A stretch of 63,868 nucleotides of DNA, filler included, from Perkinsus chesapeaki ATCC PRA-425 (lineage: Eukaryota > Protista > Perkinsozoa), in the NCBI GenBank assembly GCA_013115145.1. It is 6 parts of 6 records of this genome, joined end to end, with 100 filler letters (N's around TTAATTAATTAA, not from the genome) between each part and the next. Parts side by side here need not be neighbours in the genome. Positions count along the whole stretch, not along the records: positions 49,336 to 63,868 come from JAAPAO010000748.1; 5 more parts are not named here. One strand, given 5' to 3'. Under the pieces are notes generated by a model. It was not told where the DNA came from. It saw only the letters and a list, made by a program, of their open reading frames with translations, and did no database searches. Numbering within the stretch: position 1 is the stretch's first letter; every line of letters begins with the position of its first letter. Both the position numbers and the translations under genes were made by a program. Shown one piece after another: positions 58,301-63,868 of this stretch.

Positions 58301-61300
58301 TAAAGAGGGTTAATAGATAATAGAGAATCTTAGGTTGATGCGAGGTTTAGGGTTAGTAGATAATAGAGAATCTTAGGTTGATGCGAGGTTTAGGGTTAGT
58401 AGATTNNNNNNNNNNNNNNNNNNNNNNNNNNNNNNNNNNNNNNNNNNNNNNNNNNNNNNNNNNNNNNNNNNNNNNNNNNNNNNNNNNNNNNNNNNNNNNN
58501 NNCAGGTTTAGGGTTAGTAGATAATAGAGAATCTTAGGTTGATGCGAGGTTTAGGGTTAGTAGATAATAGAGAATCTCAGGTTGATGCGAGATAAGAAAT
58601 GTATATATTACTGCCATAGAGCGTCGCAAATTGTGTGATTCTGTCCCCACTGGCGGCGGCGGGCGGTTTTGGCTTTCGTAATTCAGTTTCACTGGTGAGA
58701 TGGACTGGGATTTGCAATTGTATTAAGTCGTTGAGGGCGTGAGAGTTATTACTCGCTACTCCTCTCTCCAAGATGAACCTTTAATAGTAGTCATATAATT
58801 AATATCGGTTTAATAGTTATTATTTATCTCCTACTAGAAGGATAGTCTTATATTAGTAAGCTATTCATTTAACTGATTCGATATGTCATTTAAATGATAC
58901 ACAATCGATTCGACGGTGTCGAATTATTTCGAAACATCCAACTAGGTTCGACTCGTAAAATCTTCGACTTGTGTCGGACTAAAAAATGTTCGGGAAATTG
59001 CTGTGCAAAAGTTGTCGGATATTTTTTTCTGTTTTTTAGGTTCACAATAATATGGGCGCCGCGGTGAATAACATTCGATCCGTCTTGCCGAAGGACGGCT
59101 TGCAAATTTTACTATTTAGGTCAGTTTTTTTGGGAAAAAAATTTCGAGATTTTTTTCAGCGCAACTTATCCGGAAAACGTGCGACGTTTCGCTTTGAACT
59201 TGGTGCCTCATGCGAGCAAGATACAGGTATGAAATCGATCACGTGATCGATCATGAAATATTTTGTTTCAGGTCAGCAAGCAGGATCTAACATTAAGCAC
59301 GATTTGGCAAACATTCATCAACACTGGTACGAGCTTCCAAAAGAAGGTTGAGGTGAGTTTTAGGGCGCGCGAGAAATTCCTCAACATATTTTCTAGCGCC
59401 AGCGTCTTTCCTTTTGAGCGAAATCGCGAATCTGAAAAAACAATGGAATTGGCCTATCGATCGGTAAAGTATTGGGTTTTCGTTAAGGCTTTATGTGACC
59501 GTCTATCAACCTCGAACGTATCTTTTAAGATACTTTCCGACCTCTATGCGGCGATGAACGTCTCACAATCGATAATCTTCGTCAACTCAAGAGCCACTGC
59601 GTTCAAGTAATATTTCATGGCGCGCGGTTTTTGATTGGTCATTGTTAGTTTGGCGAAAACACTGCGTGATGAAGGGCATTCAGTGTCGCTGATTTGCGGT
59701 ACCCAAGTGACGGGCGCGGAGCAGATCAGTCCGGAATACCGGGACAAGATTATGGACGAGTTCAGAAATAAAGTCACGAAGGTCATGAGGGTCGAGCGAT
59801 GATGGCGAATTCATATACAGTATTATAAGTACAGATATCATTATATTATTATTAGTAGTAGTTTATATATATTATTAATTAGTGTGTATCTTATTACCAG
59901 TCCGGCATTATGGGAATATAGTGTCCGAGGGGTGCTAGTGCGGTAGGTGAAATATAAGTAAAATAAGTGGAAAAAACCGTAAATCCTGAAGTGTCCTAGT
60001 AATATATTTCTCCTTATTCGCATCACCGTACCTTGTGGTAGAATACAGTGTTCCTATTTGACTCCCTGGATGATATAGATGCCGCTTTTGTCGCTTAGAA
60101 GAATAAATAATTGTGATAATATTGGGTAGATAATAATTCAAAATTTCACGTTTATTAAATTTTATTCTAAGTTATGATGGTTAAGAACGGTTAAAAGGGA
60201 ATGATTATAATAAGCAGTAGTTTGGGGATGTGGAATTATTGTGAAGAAGAAATGCGAGAATTGGCAATATACTGCTGCCGGACGCGGCGTTCATCAGAAA
60301 CGCATATGGTTCAGAAATACTGCGCCTTTTAGGAAAATAAAAATTATTATTAATTAACCGTTTTTCCAGACCACCTAGTTGAGATTTATTGAGATTCGAC
60401 CAGACTAGATTATCGCAAGTAAAACGGAATAGTAAATTTTCAACGTAGTGTTGTTCACTTGGGTTCATAAGAATAGAATATTATCTAGCGCCGAAATAAA
60501 TTATTCAAAGCGAAACAGCAGCTGTGTGAGAGATCGGTGGGAGATATAATTATTGTTCCTCATCCTCCTAACAGTGTTTTCTATTCACCCCGCTATATGC
60601 CATGAGAGTATTGCTTAAAATATGACATGACGGATCACGCCAGCATCCATGTCCAGGATGCTGTCCACGGCGTTAATAATTCTAATACAGGGTTTATGAG
60701 AATATTATAGAAGAAAGAGTTTGGGTGCTGTGAAAATACAATTGCTAGGTATTGTACCTGACAATTCCTCTTCACGATGAGACTGCATGGAATTATTCTC
60801 ATTCTCCAAAAGTGGTTATCAGGTTCTGATCGCTACGGACGTGCTTGCCAGAGGGATTGATGTTCCTGCGGTAACATTGGTCGTTAACTTTGAGTTGCCC
60901 ATTGATCACAACCCAGGGCCAAATAATGGTAAATGCAACTATGAGACTTATCTCCATAGAATTGGACGTAAGGGGGGGAGGGGGTATATGAAGAAATTAG
61001 AGGAAAATTTCGAGCAGTATCGCGGAGTCGGAGTTTGTTCTTCCTTTTATTTAATGGAATTCTCTAATTGTTTGCTTCTTTGAGAGTTGAACTTGCCCAG
61101 CACCTCTAAGATCTCCCGGAGTAGTAATTTCCCGAGCCAGGAATCGAACCTGCGCCCATGATCATACCAATGACACAATATAAGTTCCCACCTCATCAGC
61201 CGAGAAGTTTTCCGGGAGAACTCTGATCCATATAATAATAGTGTTGCCGACGTCCCAGCGAACAGAGAGCTGTATGCGATTATCTTTTCCGATCAAGCGA

Positions 61301-61855
61301 AAGCGACACTTATCGCCAAATGGTGAATAATATGTACCTTCGAAAAATTCGGGAAGTTACAATTCGTGAAATTCACCGTCTCGGATTTGGGGTTTATTTG
61401 CCGTGAAAATCCGGCAGATCTCAGCGGTCGAAGGTCCATTTGTTGAATATTACTCTGATCATCCTTAGAACTAGGTATAATGCTGCATATAGTGGTTTAA
61501 AGTATATATCATTCAAGCTTTTGTGAGGAGCAACTCGCTCAAGGAGAATATGCTTGGTGCCAACCAAAGACAAGCCATCTTTTTTCGGAAATACAGACGG
61601 AAATACAGACGGAAAATCTCGGATGGAAATTTTTAATTTTTCCGCGTCAGTGTCTGCGCATGTCCTGTGAAATTTCCATTCCCCCCTTTAGGCACGGGGC
61701 GATTTGGACGGCGTGGTATTGCGGTGAATCTGGTCTCCGAAGCTGAGCTTGAGCTTGTGGCTGATATTGAGAATTACTTTCCGGGCACAACTGTAGATGA
61801 GCTAACTGCTGATGACATTGATACTGTAGAAGAAAGACTTAAGCAGTTACGCTGA
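55304..61855 (+). CDS. DBP5: DEAD-box RNA helicase DBP5/DDX19 (mRNA export), multi-exon
   Basis: Q-motif [78 protein letters not shown]|[12 protein letters not shown]. Confidence 0.96.
55940..56333. repeat. AT-rich intronic micro/minisatellite (ATATATACATTT-like, 12-14 bp) with N run
   Basis: Direct inspection. Confidence 0.95.
56781..57002. repeat. 32-bp intronic tandem repeat with N run
   Basis: Unit AATAGAGGGAAATATGGTATAATATTACGAAT, three or more copies. Confidence 0.93.
58314..58590. repeat. 43-bp intronic tandem repeat with N run, containing TTTAGGGTTAG
   Basis: Unit TAGATAATAGAGAATCTTAGGTTGATGCGAGGTTTAGGGTTAG, period 43 (58314, 58357). Confidence 0.93.
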
Positions 61856-62138
61856 GCCAGAAAGAAACGTTTCTAGTATTTCAAGGAGGTTCATTTTGTT
61901 AATTAAGGGGAATATTTTGTCCTTGACGTTGAAATGGTGCGAAGTGTCGAAAAATATTTCAATGGTACTGTATGTTAACGATATACTGGAAAAAAGTACA
62001 GTACGTGAACCGTATGACACCACTCCCCATTTTAGGAGCGGCCGTTTTCGGTCATGATGAAAATTAATGATGATAACGCGGAGCTATTTTCTGGTCTGGA
62101 AGTTTAGTTGTTGATCTTCTAGTTGTTCTCCTTTCGTT

Positions 62139-62861
62139 TTGTTCCCGCCTGTCTACAACAATCGTCCGCGCTTCAGAGCGACCTGGCCAGTATCACGTTC
62201 CCGGCGGTTGGCTGCGTCTCTGTCGAGGAAATTCTCGCGCGTGACTTACGCTACTGTATATATCATAATTCTGATGATTTTCCTCGAAGGTCTGCCTTAC
62301 GTTGGTCCGACGATCTTGACCGCTCTCATCATGGACTATATTTTAAGGAGGCTGGGATACCCTTATGGAACTCCTATTGATATATCTCCCAGTGCAAACT
62401 CATTTCTCAGATTCCTTGGCTCGGTTATGGTCATCGCTGGTTGCATCCTCATTATTTTTATGTTACTTTTTATTGGCATAGTGCTCGTGCTCACAGGCGC
62501 GTTCATCGAGGATCTTGTCGAGAAGGATGCGGACTTGTCTCAAAGCGACCGGGTGAGCTCTCTGGTACCAACAGTTATCGGTAGAAGAATCCTTCTGCAA
62601 GCTACCGAATGCATGGTCCGACCTGAAGATACTTCTGCCGTTTGTACGCAAAACTCTTTTATCAGTGAGGATGGCTTCTCGCAAGGCCCCTGTTGCGCCA
62701 TCTGCCTCGGCGATGAGAGTGATCTGGTCTCGGTTGTGGAACTGATAGCTTGCGGGCACAGATTCCACAGAGGCTGTCTTGAAGCTCATGTTCACTGGTC
62801 GCTGAAGAAGCAGAAAATTCCGGACTGTCCGCTTTGCCGGGGAAAGTTCATGGCAGTATGA
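62139..62861 (+). CDS. Transmembrane RING-H2 E3 ubiquitin ligase; true start probably in an upstream exon
   Basis: Two to three hydrophobic segments, then the C3H2C3 pattern CAIC-x14-CGHRFHRGC-x14-CPLC. Confidence 0.88.
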   Translation: MFPPVYNNRPRFRATWPVSRSRRLAASLSRKFSRVTYATVYIIILMIFLEGLPYVGPTILTALIMDYILRRLGYPYGTPIDISPSANSFLRFLGSVMVIAGCILIIFMLLFIGIVLVLTGAFIEDLVEKDADLSQSDRVSSLVPTVIGRRILLQATECMVRPEDTSAVCTQNSFISEDGFSQGPCCAICLGDESDLVSVVELIACGHRFHRGCLEAHVHWSLKKQKIPDCPLCRGKFMAV

Positions 62862-63472
62862 GTGAAGACATCTGGTGAAAAATTTAGCACATGTTCATGT
62901 TACCTGATTGCTGATATATTAACGCTGTTGCTCAACTTTGTTGGTGTTCGGAGATTTGTTAATTAAAGAATGTTCTTAGTGAAAGGCAGGCGCTCCTGGC
63001 GCTGCACGCTATTATTTCGTCAGGGAACTACCTGGAACAACGCAGTGGTTACAAATAGGCGGTTTTCTAGGCGTTAAAGCTAAGCGCTGATGTGGGTTAG
63101 TGGGCCGCATTTATTAATTGCGATAGCAACCCGCTACTGATGTAGTTAGTAACGAATATGTCGAAGGGCCAAGGGCCCTGTTTTGTTCCTTCTACAATCG
63201 CGGTTAAGTCGTGACCGGATCATGGACAAGCACTAGAAAAAGACACCGAACAGGTCAACTCAGCTCGCGCCGGTAAAGATGCTATGACGTAAAGCTGTAC
63301 AGTGTAGTGGTGTTGTAGTCTCACTTATAACTCAATATGGATGCTTATGTCCGCTCATCAACGCAACCTCATCGTGGAGCCTCAGCTTGCCGCCCGCGGG
63401 TTTGTTTGGGCCAGAGGAATCTTCGCTGGAGGCTGTCTATGAATATCATAACGGGTTTCTGGTATATTATTG

Positions 63473-63793
63473 TCAAGAAAACTCGAGGAGAGGGAGTCCA
63501 GCGACGGAAATACAATTCGACAAACTAGAGAGCTGGTGATAATCAATCGAAAACAGAGCCTCTTGACTCGAATAGTTGAACAAAGATTTCAGTTCCGAGG
63601 CGGAAGGTATCCGTAAATCAGCCTTTTCAGCTCCATCTGGAAATGATTCCCAGTTCTCCTGGAAGATTATCTTGAAGTCTTCCAAGTTCAACAAGAGTCG
63701 ATACTTTGAGATTGATGGCACCACTAGTATGTATCCAGACAAGGCGGATTCCATAGAAGGTGAATGCGGATTCCTCAGTGCAGAAAGCGCCAC
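63473..63793 (-). CDS. Possible 3' exon of a gene extending beyond the window
   Basis: 106-codon open frame with protein-like composition. No recognised motif. Confidence 0.3.
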   Translation of the reverse strand: MALSALRNPHSPSMESALSGYILVVPSISKYRLLLNLEDFKIIFQENWESFPDGAEKADLRIPSASELKSLFNYSSQEALFSIDYHQLSSLSNCISVAGLPLLEFS

Positions 63794-63868
63794 TGTGTTG
63801 CACTGGGCGCACGCCCTTTTAATCGATGTCCAACATACTTGGATTGTCGTGTTAACATCTTTGGTGGA

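Overview
Eukaryotic protist scaffold, most likely Perkinsus (P. marinus-like alveolate). This is an inference from the short GT-AG introns, alveolate-type AP-1 mu and DBP5 sequences, and TTAATTAATTAA-linker assembly gaps at 3045-3144, 4729-4828, 15481-15580, 46754-46853 and 49236-49335. Most genes are multi-exon, so the ORF track shows only fragments. I joined exons by eye, and internal boundaries are approximate. Housekeeping genes: DHHC palmitoyltransferase, WHEP-containing glycyl-tRNA synthetase, class I SAM methyltransferase, inositol 5-phosphatase, CLC channel, HYOU1/Grp170-type Hsp70, PEX3, MIF/D-DT tautomerase, seipin, GPI-type carboxylesterase, EF-hand two-pore K+ channel, AP-1 mu, DBP5 and a TM-RING ligase. 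Accessory content: a tandem array of BAR-domain genes (partly pseudogenised) split by a fold-back element, a gypsy-like pol fragment inside a 31-bp minisatellite, and a gag-like ORF with a GGGAAAC-TAA -1 frameshift signal and a possible RRM. The most unusual signal is non-coding: dense, chained odd-length palindromes with exactly one spacer base (19 with arms of 6 bp or more in 5017-6244, plus smaller clusters elsewhere). There is also a strand-polarised intronic motif, TTTCRTGGCGCGC, in the 52-60 kb block.
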